Shown here: in pieces, positions 1 through 12,900 of the stretch
How positions within the stretch are numbered: position 1 is the stretch's first letter
Layout of the letters: each line of letters opens with the position of its first letter
Origin: Glaucostegus cemiculus
Lineage: Eukaryota
Direction: 5' to 3'
DNA length: 64,000 nt
Assembly (NCBI GenBank): GCA_976551045.1
Contig: CDPCPM010000017.1
Location: 6,200,001 to 6,264,000 of the forward strand
Notes under the pieces: model-generated
Told to the model about the DNA's origin: nothing
Databases searched by the model: none
What the model saw: the letters and a program-made list of their open reading frames with translations, nothing else
Program-made: the position numbers and the translations under genes

Positions 1-729
1 TCAACGATGAATAATGCTAATGAGTGTAATACACTTATCTATTTGCATCAAAAGATTTCTCAAGCTTTCTCTAACAATATTTTAACAAACAGAACTACTT
101 TAAGATGAGTTGCTTATTTACCCCCATGTATTTCAAATTTTCAAACCACAGAATACTAGTGCAAACTATGCATCAAAGTCAATGGAATGCAAAACAATTA
201 ACAGCAAGAAAAACTGTGTATCAGAATAGGAGAAAGCCATTTACTTATCTGATCAGTAGGAAGTTGTAGTCACTGTTGTTTAAATAATCAAATGAAAAGT
301 TGATGTTGGCATTATTAGGATGCAATTTGGATGGCTTGTGAAAATACTAAAAAGAAAAAATTCATATAAATAGTGAACAACCTTTCATTGTTGTTAATTG
401 TTAAATATCATTAATGAAATTTTACTCTCATGAAAGTGACTGGACAATGCAATATTGTTTGAAAAGCTGGTTCGTTCATTAACTATGATTTTGCCCATTT
501 TAATTTATTAAAATAAAGGGCAAGAACAAAGTACAGTCACTGAAATATAATAAATATGGCTACTCTACAGTCTATAAAATGTGATCAAGTCTGCAGAGAT
601 TAAAATAATTTGGTTGTGTCTTTACCAGTTTTTTAAAATCTAAGTTTATTAGAAATGCACATACGAGCATTCCACAATATTTATATGTAGCTAAAATCAA
701 ATGCTGACATAAAGTTCTTTTCTTTCAAG

Positions 730-976
730 CAATAACTTGCCCCAGCACACAAGTTTACCGCTACAATATGACAGCCTGTAATCGTACCTGTGAATTTCTG
801 TCAAAGCCTGATTTTACATGTGAGTTTCAAGACGTTCCAGTTACTGGTTGTGGTTGCCCTGAGGGAATGTACATGAATGAAAAAGCAACATGTGTGACCA
901 AATCAGAATGCCCTTGCTATGTCAATGGATTGATTATACAAGGAGGTCAGGCCCTTACACTTAATGGAATGACTTG
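730..976 (+). CDS. muc19: Mucin exon: TIL and start of E/VWC-like module of the D2 assembly ([20 protein letters not shown]...CPCYVNG...MTC)
   Basis: tttcaag acceptor; TG|gtgagt donor; TIL cysteine spacing. Confidence 0.88.
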
Positions 977-3900
977 GTGAGTATTTTTTGTTTTGCTCTG
1001 CATAATTTGAATCAGATAACAAATTGCCAACAAAGTAATAAGATGTAATTTTTTCACAGTTTCTGTGACAATGGAGTTCCTTCCTGCCCTGAAGATAATG
1101 GCCTGCTCACTTCACAAGGTAATTCATTTTCCAAACTCTGACCTGTATGAATAGACAATATAGACAATAGGAGCAAAAGTAGAACATTTGGCCCTTCGAG
1201 TCTGCTCCACCATTTTGAGATCATGGCTGATCCTCAACACTCAATATCCCGTTCCTGCCTTGTCCCCATATCCCTTGATTCCCCTATCTATAAGAAACCT
1301 AGCTAGCTCCTTCTTGAAAGTGTCCAGAGAATTGGCCTCCACTGCCCTTTGAGGCAGTGTGTTCCACAAACTCACAACCCTCTGGGAGAAGAAGTTTTTC
1401 CTCACCTCTGTCCTAAATGGCCTACCCCTTATTCTTAAATCATGCCCTCTGGTCCTGGACTTCCCCAACATCTGGAACATATTTCCTGTCTCTATCTTGT
1501 CCAATCCCTTAACAATCTTGTATGTTTCAATCTGATCCCCTCTCAATCTTCTCAATTCCAGCGTGTACAATCCCAGTCTATCCAACCTCTCTGCATAAGA
1601 CAGTCCTGACATCCCCGGAATTAACCTCGTAAACCTACGCTGCACGCCCTCTATAGCCAGGATATCCTTCCCTAACCCCGGAGACCAAAACTGTACACAA
1701 TACTCCAGGAGCGGTCTCACCAGGGCCCTGTACAAATGCAAAAGAATCTCTTTGCTCTTGTACTCAATTCCCCTCATAATACAGGCCAACATTCCATTAG
1801 CCTTCATCACCGCCTGCTGCACTTGCTCATTCACTTTCAGCGACTGATGAACAAGGATTCCTAGATCCCTTTGTACCTCCCCTTTACCTAACTCCACACC
1901 ATTCAGATAATAATCTGCCTTCCTGTTCCTGCTCCCAAAGTGGATAACCTCACACTTATCCACATTAAACTTCATCTGCCAAGTATCTGCCCACTCACCC
2001 AACCTATCCAAGTCACCTTGAATCCTCCTAACTTCCTCTACACATGTCGCACTGCCACCCAACTTTGTATCATCAGCAAACTTACTAATGTTATTCTCAA
2101 TGCCTTCATCTAAATCATTAACATAGATCGTAAATAGCTGCGGTCTCAGCACCGAGCCCTGCGGCACCCCACTAGTCACGGCCTGCCATTCCGAGAAACA
2201 TCCATTCACCCCTAGTTTCCTATCTGCCAACCAGTTTTCTATCCAAGTTAATACCCTCCCCCCAATTCCATGAGCCCTCATTTTACCCACCAATCTCCTG
2301 TGCGGCACCTTATCAAATGCCTTCTGAAAGTCGAGGTACACAACATCCACCGAATCTCCCTCATCTATTTTCCTGGTTACATCCTCAAAAAACTCCAGTA
2401 GATTAGTCAAGCACGATTTGCCCTTGGTAAATCCATGTTGACTCGACCCAATCCTATCATTGATACCCAAATATGCCGCTATTTCATCCTTAATAATGGA
2501 CTCTAGCATCTTCCCCACCACAGACGTCAGGCTAACCGGACGATAGTTCCCCGTTTTTTCCCTCCCTCCTTTCTTAAAAAGTGGGATTACATTGGCCATT
2601 CTCCAATCCTCAGGAACTGACCCAGAATCTAGGGAACATCGGAAAATGATCACCAATGCATCCACAATTTCTAGAGCCACCTCCTTTAGTACCCTGGGAT
2701 GCAGACCATCCGGACCTGGGGATTTGTCAGCCTTCAGCCCCATTAGTCTACCCATCACCATTTCTTTCCTAATGTCAATCCACTTCAGTTCCTCCATCAC
2801 CCTCTGCCTTTTGTCCATCTGTACCTCTGGGAGATTTCTTACATCTTCCCCAGTGAATACAGATCCAAAGTACTCATTAAATTCGACTGCCATCTCCCTG
2901 TTTCCTGTAATAATTTCACCTGATTCAGTTTTCAAGGGCCCAACATTGTTCCTAACTAGCTTCTTTCCCTTCACATACCTAAAAAAGCTTTTGCTATCCT
3001 CTTTGATATTCCTAGCTAGCTTGCCCTTACAGTTCCTCAGTTCTATCCACACTGACTCTACTTCTCCTGATTCAATGTCCCCCCTTGCAAGGGACTGAAT
3101 CTCATTCCTCACCAACAGGGCCACCCCACCCCCTCTGCCCACCTTCCTGTCCTTACGATAGCACGTATACCCTTGAAAATTCATTTCCCAGGTCTGATCT
3201 CCCTGCAGCCATGTCTCCGTTATCCCAACAACATCATACTTACCCATTCGTATCTGAGCTTCAAGCTCACCTACCTTATTTCTGACACTCCGTGCATTCA
3301 GATATAGGATTTTTAACCCATTTCTCCTCTCTCCAGTCGTATTAATGTTCCTAAATTGTGTAGGTCCTACCTGTCCTCTACCCTCCATCTCACTATCCTC
3401 TCTCTCATTCCGGATCCCCTCCCCCTGCAAATTTAGTTTAAACCCCCCTGAGTAGCACTAGCAAACCTTCCTGCAAGCATGTCAATACCCCTCCAGTTCA
3501 GGTGTAAACCGTCCCGTTGGAACAGATCCTACCTTCCCTGGAACAAATCCCAATTATCCATAAACCTGAAGCCCTCCCTCTTGCACCATCCCCTCAGCCA
3601 CGTATTAATCTGCCTAATCTTCCTATTCCTCTCCTCACTCTCACATGGCACAGGTATGCAAGACACGTTTTTCACTGTACCTTGGTACAAATGACAATAA
3701 TAAACCAATGCCAATACCAAATATTTAGGTACAAAATTTAAATTTCTCATCACAATGATAATTAACTATAAAAAACTTGCTTTTCTTCAGATTGCCAAGA
3801 TAAACAATTTTCGGACTGTACCAATGCCAGTTTATGTAAGAGGACGTGCGAAACTCTAAACAAACCATGTGTAAGTGAAATGAACCAATATGACTTTGGT

Positions 3901-6900
3901 GCTCAGGTATCCTATTTTATAGATTGAACAATACCTTCAGACAATGTTGTTCAATACAGTCAACTATATAATGAATCAAGTGACCCATTTAGAAGTCTAC
4001 ACTGTGGTTTCCAATACAAGTTACAACACGAACAGCAACAAAGAGTGTGGTTACATGATATCATAGTCTAAAGGTAACTACATAGCTAATAATGGAGAAC
4101 TACTGTGAAATATTTAATATATGACGATTACCTATATATGCCATCCATTGGTCGGATATATTGCCAATTCTGCCAATTGATAATATGTCTCTCCTTTATA
4201 AAGCCAGACCCATGTGTCCCTGGCTGTGTCTGCCCTGATGGTTTGGTGGAGGATTCCAGTGGAAGATGCGTTGAACCACCCCAATGTCCATGTCAATTTG
4301 AAGGTGAAACCTTTGGTCCTGGAGAAACAATCAAAATTGATTGCAATAATTGGTGAGCTAAAACAATTATTAAGAGGAATGATACCACAAAATAACACAA
4401 ACTGCATAGAACTGCAGGATGATTTAACTCTGCACTCTACATTATAGCACATGCAATGGTGGACAATGGGAATGCACTGATGATCCATGTCCAAAGACCT
4501 GCCTCGTTTATGGAGATGGACACTACATAACATTTGATGGAAAACGGTACAGCTTTGATGGCAATTGTGAATATATCTTTGCTGAGGTAAGTTATAGGGT
4601 GTCACATTTAACATGGCTGTTTCCACTGGCAATTCTTTGTTTAGTTATAGATGTATTTGGTTATTCCTCAGATCTGCATCTTTCTGAAAAAAATCTCTGA
4701 AAAAGTTGTTGGTATTTTTGGTAATTTAGTGATGCTATACGATTGAGGTTTTATGGTTGAAATAGTAATTATTTTAGCAGCTTGAAATAAAGGAAAAATT
4801 GAAAATGATGGAGCTAGACCTTCAAATACCCAGTAGTGTACAGTAAGTGGGTGTTGCCCTTGGGAGACACAAAACAAATTATTATTTTATGGAGGGCAGG
4901 GATTGAAATTATTTGAATTAAATCAAGTGTGTCACAAATTATACATATATAGTCACATATCCAAAATCCCTACATTATTTAAAAGTTCATAAAGAAATAC
5001 CAAAGTCCATTTTTATTTGAAATAGTGATTGTTAATATGCATTTAAAATATTCAATTGAAATACTTACTCAAAATGTTCTTTAAAGAGTGAACTGTTTGT
5101 GTACAATGGGAAGTTGCCACAACTGCTTCTCAATTTCACGAGGTTGACCTTTGTTTCATTCTACTGACGGCTGTTGGAAGAGTGGAAGCAATGTTATCAG
5201 TGCAGCTGATCATGATTATACATTTACTTGTTCACTCATCATAAAAATAACAGCATTTCATACTTTGAAATTATTACATATGAGGCCATAATTATGCAGT
5301 GAACCATCAGAATGTGTGTTTAAAAGTATGAATTGGCTTAGACTCTGAGTTACTTAGTGATATTTACATCAGCAGAAATGTTTTTAAGCGTAATTTGAAA
5401 TCTCTTACATGTTGCATTTTTACGAGACACACATTTTAAAGAACCTAAGAATCCATTTGCTTTTTTTGAATTATGGTCAGAATCATAGTGTTGTAGTCTA
5501 GTTTAGGTATTATCTACTGACATGCCACCAAACTGTGCCCAGGATGTAAGTGGGACAGGCAGGTGAAACAGAATATGTCAATCAGATTACATCTCCCAGT
5601 CTTCTGAAGTCTGAATAGTTCTTCAGCGCACTGTTTTAGTGACTTTGAAGGTGCTGATTGCCACTTAGTGCTCAGGGATCCGTGAGTTCTTAATGTGACC
5701 TTGCCTTTTTCCCCTCCTGTGTATTATATTTTCTTAGGAACAATCTTATGAAAGTGTTCCTCATTGCTCAATAGAAATTATACTTGAATTACTGAACTGA
5801 TAGTGCTATGTCAAATTATGGGTTAAAATTCCACTGCATAAATTCATTCAAGTTATTTTCATCTCAGGACCAATGTCTACGAGAGATTGGCACATTCCAA
5901 ATACTGACAGAGAGTGTTCCCTGTTGCGAAAATGGAGTGACATGTTCAAGAAATATCAGAATCTTGTTTGAGGTATGTGTTTTGATTTATACCAATTAAG
6001 AGGAACTATCTGTTATGTTAGTATATGCTTGCAATTCCTAATCTGAAATTATTCAGCGTGTTAAAAACTTATTTATTTGCAAATGTATTCTTACAGGGTA
6101 AAGAACTAATTCTATTGAGAGGAAATGGAATAAGTGAAGTGTCTCTTGGCCATAACCAGTGCATAGATAATTCATATACAATTCACACAGTTGGACTCTA
6201 CTTAGTCCTGACATTTTCCAATGGAATCACTGTGATGTGGGACAAACGTACAAGATTTTCAATCACACTGGACCCAAAATGGAAGGTGAGTAGGGTTTGT
6301 AAATTAAGGTTTACTAGGATGTTTGATTCATTAAGAAGCAAAAATGCTTAGTTTTAAATATATATAATATAAATAAAATCCAAAATTCACAGAATACATT
6401 GAAGAAGGTTAAGGAAAGGAGGAAAAAAATCTGCAGAGTTTGGTAGAACATGCAGTAGTGGCTTGGTTGGTCAGGACAGAATCCATAATTACAGTGCAGT
6501 AGATTGAATAGGTTAGCATCATAACATTTTTTACTTGGTGCTGGACAACATTTTTCCACGTATATGTGAGACAGTATTGAAAAATAAGCAGAAAAGTTTA
6601 TAACATTAATACTTAATGATTTATACTTATGGGGTGGGGCTAGAAATAATTCAACAATCAAGGGAAGGCGGTCCAAAATTAAGAGTGGAAAACAGAATTG
6701 GGTTAGAGGCTGACAGTAAAGGTAAAACATATTATTGCAACACATTTGATGAGTAAGGGTTGGCACTTGCTAAAGTGGGATTGAGCAGTGTGAAACCTGC
6801 TGGGGTGAGGCTGGGAAAACCCTGTCAGCTCAAGGGTAGCTCAAGAGCCTGGCCTAATGCCAAGATGCCAGTGTGGGAAAGTAAAGAAAGGTTCTTTATT

Positions 6901-9900
6901 TGTAGGTATGAAAAGGTTGACACCCAAAGTCACAAAAGGGATATTAGATATATAATGTTTAAATTAACATAGAACAATACAGATCAGGAACAGGCCCTTT
7001 GGCCCACAATGTTGTGCCGGACTAATTAAGCTAGTGATGCCTAATTAAACTAAGACCTCTGCCTGCACATGATCCATATCCCTCCATTCTCTGTATATTC
7101 ATGCGCCTATCTAAGAGCCTCTTAAATACCTCCGTCATATCTGCTCCACCACCATGCATGACAGCCCATTCCAGGTACCCACCACTATCTGTGTAAAAAA
7201 ACTTGTCCCGCACATCTGAACTCTCACCTTAAATGCATGCCCTCCAGTATTAGATATTTTGACCTTGGGAAAAAGATACCAGTTGCCTTCTCTATCAGTG
7301 CCTTTCATAATTTTGTAAACTTCTATCAGATCTCCCCTTAGCCTCTGCTACTCCAGAGAAAACAACCCAAGTTTGCCAAACCTCTCCTTATAGCACCTGC
7401 CTTCCAATCAATTATTTCAAACAATCAAGTAAATTATTTTCTAGTAAGCAAGGAAACCAGAAGGACAATTTCAGAAACATATCCCTGTGCTGTCATCTAT
7501 CATCAATTGGCAGGAGTCTTGACTACATGGTCACAGGCTTATCTTCCTGTACAAATATGAATCATAAATTGTGATGTGAACAGTGTAAGGATGCCCTAAA
7601 ATGAGCAGGAAACAATAACAACAATTTCCACAGGGTATGTACATAGCAAAGATGATGAGGAAGTAAGTTGAATACCAGGCCTTTTTTAACAATAAATAAA
7701 TCAGACTCAAATCATTCTCTACTTTAAATTTATATGTTTGGCCCTTTATTTCTATTTTAAATATCTTTGCTTAGACTTTAAATGAAACAACCTGCATAAA
7801 AGTTCTCACATTAATATTTATGAGGAGGGCCATTCAAACTATAGTGTAATACATCCATCTAGAACTATGCTGTGATCCTCTCAAGAAAGGAGTTGGTTGT
7901 TTGTGGAAAATACCCAGAGATTTTACCATACCAACCGATGGATTATTTAATTCTAAGTAGTTGTTGATTCTGTAACAAAAGAATTAAAGAAAGAATTTGT
8001 ATTTAGTTGGGACTGTTCACAACTTTACAATTCTGCAATGCCATTAATATATAATAGGATACTCTTTGAGGGATAGGCAATATTGTACTAATGCAAGAAC
8101 CTTTTGATATTCCATCTGCTCTGAGGTTTTGGTAGTTTTTGGAACACCCAAGTACTTTATGGTTGGGGAAAGTCACTGGAAGATGTGCAGAAGGTCATTC
8201 TTCAGTGTAAAAAGAGAGGATGACAAAAACAATTGAAGAAAAAAAATGATAAATTCACGTACGTAGTGCCTTACTCAACTTTAACATATCTCAAGGCACT
8301 TTATTAATCAATTCTGTAGGTTTGATTTTGGGCTAGCTTGGAAAAAAGTATAAAACAGGAATTATGGTTTTAGAATAGTAACCATTACTTTGTTTCTCTT
8401 GCACACTAAAGAATAAAGTTTGTGGCCTTTGTGGAAATTTCAACGATGACCTTCAAGATGACTTAACAACAAAAGGGAACTCCTTGGTGACCAGCTTTGT
8501 GGAATTTGGGAACAGTTGGAAGTCCATGCAGTTTTGCTCTAATACAGTAAATCAAACATTTCCATGTGATAACAATCCTTATTGTTTAGCATGGGCTCAG
8601 AAGAGGTGTAACTTGATTAATAGCCCAGTCTTTCAAGCATGTCACAAAAGGGTAAGATACAAAATAAAATTTGAGATATAAAACTTTTCTAAAATGCACC
8701 CATGATTTCTGACACACTGGCACTTTATCAGGTTGATCCAATTCCATTTTATGATGCTTGTGTCCAAGAAGCTTGTGCCTGTGATATGGAAGGAAAATAC
8801 CTTGGTTTCTGCACTGCTGTTGCTGTGTATGCAGAGGCTTGTAACAAAGCTGATGTTTGTATTCGCTGGAGAACCCCTGAACTTTGTCGTAAGTTTAAAC
8901 TTCTTTATTTTTTGCAGACAAAATTAAGATCTGTGTTCACGAACTCAGTGTGATTGGCTTCTACTTATATAACTCTCTGGCCAACAGATAACATGACTGT
9001 TTTAATTTGGTGCTCACTGCTGTTGCCTTGAGTCAATTTTGTAATGGCAGCAAGCAAATAAAGAAACGTTACTTGTTTTTTTGATATTCTCATCTTTTCT
9101 TTCACAGCTGGTAGAGCTGCTATATCACAGCTCCAGCAACCTGAGTTCATTCCTGACCTTCAATGCTGTCTGTGTGGCGTTTGCATGTTCTCCCTGTGAC
9201 CACTAGGTTTCCTCTGGTTTTCTCCCACATCCTAAGGATGTGCTGGGTTGGCAGGTTAATAAGCCACTCTATATTGTCCCAGATATTTAAATAAATGGTC
9301 GCCCTGGGGGAGTTGACAGGAATGTGAGGAGAATAAAAACAATGGGATTTATGTAAATTGTAAAGGATGGCTGGTTTGGACATAGTGGGCCGAAGACCCA
9401 ATACTGTGTTGTATGACCAAGATCTCCTAACCCCTTTTTGAACATCGTTTGGAGGATACTCATGGGCAATTGTTTGTACATTGAATGATGAATCACCTCC
9501 AGCCTCATGATGATCAGTATCTGCATCACTCTTTTTCTTCTCAAGAAAGACAAATCAGCACTGCAGCATACTTTTAAAGTTCAATTCACCAAGTAAAATA
9601 CACTCAGCATGTCTCACAGAATAGTATCCGACCTCTATGATAATCCACACATAATCTGAAGTATTCATTTTATTTGATATCCTCATCTACTTGCTTTATT
9701 CGGGACATCTATAGACATTTATTTACAGTCTGGATGTGCTGCCACCATCCATTTTCCATCGTTTTTATGTCCCTTAGCATTGGGAGTGAATGCAGGTATC
9801 ATCACAGCTATCAGTTTTTCTGCTGGTCAACAATATTTACAGGGGGATAGTCTGTAGGGGAGAAGATTGTATTTCTTTTGCCAACCTCAGTACCACTTAT

Positions 9901-12900
9901 TAATTGGAATAATAACTTTTGGGGTGTAACAATCTGAGTGTCAGTGAACGTTGGGATTTACACTCTGCCCCAGTGGAGTCCAACAGTCCAGGTTAAAGAT
10001 CAATTTGTTTAAGTAGATTCAAACTATGTTTATTTTTGGAAATAAGTAATTAAACATCACATTTTAACATTCTATTTCATACTACAGCTGTGTACTGTGA
10101 CTATTACAACAATCCTGGTGACTGCAGTTGGCACTATCAGCCATGTGGAACCATAACAACAAGAACGTGCTCAGGCCAGTTCGTTGGGAAGAAGTATTCA
10201 GCAGTTCTTGAAGGTGTTGTTTAGATTATATTCAAATATTCCAAAACTTTTAAAGCACATTTTTAAGTATCAGACTATTTCTGATACATAATATTAATTA
10301 ATTATCTTTGAAACAGGTGTACTTTTTGATGAAGATTTGTAACAATCGATGATGCATAAGTAAAATAATAATTAGTAATTCATAGAATAGATGATGGGAG
10401 ACCAGTGGATGGTCTTAATAAAACTTTTGAGAAAGTGCCACCCAGAGGCTGGTCAATAGGGTTAGACTACATGAGCACATGAATCAATGGTAATATACTG
10501 GGATGGATTGAATCTGGTTATTGGACAGAAAACAAGAGTGGGAATAAACAAATCCTTCTCGGGTTGATAGGCTGTGACTTGAGGGGGAGAGCAGGTACCT
10601 GGTGTTTGGACCATCTCTATCCTGATTTGGCTGAGCAGACTAAATAACATATTTCCAAATTTGCTGATGATACCAAGTCAGGTAGGATTACAAATACAGA
10701 GCAAGATGTGATGAGGCTTCAGGGAGATATGAATAAGCTGAGTGAGTGGGTAAAATGGAATATAATCAGAAAACAGTGTATTTGGTATATGGTGACAGGT
10801 TGTGCTGATATTCAAGGGGACCTGAGTGTGGTTGTACATAAGTCACCGAAAACCACCATTTGGATGCAGCAAGCGTTTTGAGGGCAAGTGGTATATTAGT
10901 CTTTATAGTGAGAGAGTTTGATTACAGGAGTAAGGAAGTCTTTCGGAACCTTGGTGAGTTCACAGCTAGAATATTATGTACAGTTTTGATCTCCTCACCT
11001 AAGGAAGGATGTACTTGCCATGGGGGTGAGGGTGTGGGTGTATGGTTGGGGCTGCAGAAAAATCACTAGTCCAGGGGATGGTGAGTTTGTTGTTTTAGGA
11101 GAGACTGAGTTGATTGGGACTGTATTGTCTTGACCTTGAATGGGACATCTCATTGAAACTTACAAAATATGGATACATGGTTCAACAGGCTGGATTCAGG
11201 GAGAATGATTCCCTGAAGTGAAACGTCTAGGACCAGGAGGCACAGTTTGAGAAAAAGGAGTATGAGGAGGACTGAGAGGAGGAAAACTGTTGTCATTCAG
11301 AGAGCACTGAACCATTGGAATTCTCTTCCAAAAGAGTGGTGGAAGTTCAACTGAGTTCATTCAATACAGAGACTGAAAGATTTCTGGACATGAAAGAAAT
11401 CATGTGATATGATGATAGAGCTGGAAAAGCAGCATTGAAGTAGAAGATCAGACATGATTTCAATGAAAGACAGTAGACTCAAAGGGCCAGGTGGTCTACG
11501 ACTTCAACTTTTTATGTTCTTATAAAAGGGGACAATTTCTGATTTTTGCAATCCCTTGACAGAGAACAAAATCAACAAATAGTAAACCCTTGCCTTCAAA
11601 CTTCCCAATAATGCTCCAGCTGTTGCAAAATCTCTCTGAGATCAAAGTGTTTTGTTTTAATTGACGGGCTTCAAGTGTGTGAATTTAAATCTGAATTTTG
11701 GTGCTGATAGATCTGATTCATGTTTTCTGTGTTTATTTAAAATATCCAGCAATCATGTTTATCTTCATGGTGACTTTTACTTTTCAATGTTAAAGGTTGC
11801 TATGCCAAATGCCCAGATAGTGCACCCTATTTGGATGAAAATACTATGAAGTGTGTTACATTACCTCAGTGCACATGCTATTATGATGGAAAAATATTGC
11901 AACCTGGTGAAACAACAATGAATGATTGTGAAGCATGGTAAAGTATCATATTATTTCACTTATCACCATTCTTGTGTTGAAAGCAAAAATTGTCACAAAA
12001 ATGGGTCTTGAATCTTTTACATATTTAACTATTCTCTTATTAATGCTGTAATATATTTTCCTGAGAAAGTTGAGTTTTGTTACCTTGAAAAGATGTGAAA
12101 GCTTTTCTTATAAATTACTGATAAGCCAGTTTAAATTAAAAATATTTCTATTTGACATTTACCAAAGTTAGATGAATTTTTGTACTCTAAAACAATAAAT
12201 TAAAATGTAACTTTTTTCACTTCATATTGATGCACTAGCTTGTAAAATAGATATTCTGATAATTGAAGCATAAAATGCAACCTGCAATTAATTGTTAATG
12301 AACACAGACTCATTAACTATTCTTGCCCCCTGCCCAAAATGACTTCCAGATCCTTATTCTTCCTCCCAAATCTGCTACTTTTCTATTCCTTCAAAGATCT
12401 TACTTGTGTTCCTTCTATCCTTCATCTCAGAAAAGGCAGTTGACCCCATTCATCCCCAAATCCCTTGTCACCCGGAAGTTAATCCACAAGTTTACCCACA
12501 AACATGCACTTTAAGAGTTTCAAAGACTTTGGCAATGATTTCAGAGTTTGAACTTACTTTCCCATTCTTCTAGCAGCTTAATGTCCATACTTTGCAAACT
12601 GTTAATGTAAGAATCACTTGAGAATCATTTGTTGTTTTAAAATCTTATTTAATTTACAGTACGTGCAAAGAAGGAGTCATGTCATGCGAATGTAAGTAAC
12701 TGTGTTCAGCATTCACTTGATGACAGAATGAAATTATGCAATGAATTATCATACTTCACTACAGCAGAATATTTATCTTGTTAACAATGCAATATTAATA
12801 GTATCAACAACTGATTGAAATATTTCTAAAAGATTGTGCATGTCCTTAACTTCCAAATGAAGCTACCAATTAAATCTGCAGGTAAAGGAAAAAACAAATG

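Larger units (their letters stand above)
1150..3655 (-). mobile_element. CR1-clade LINE (HER1-like), 5'-truncated and internally deleted, antisense in a mucin intron
   Basis: ORF2 with EN N-terminus and RT; upstream ORF1 tail; 3' UTR ends in a short tandem tail (ATAGACAAT units on + strand at ~1151-1170). Confidence 0.93.

Noticed and set aside
2592-3098. 168-aa + strand ORF
   Set aside because: Antisense shadow of the CR1 RT frame.
1140-3670. Target-site duplication around the CR1 insertion
   Set aside because: The flanks (acctgtatga and acaggtatgca) are only loosely similar; no exact duplication is visible.
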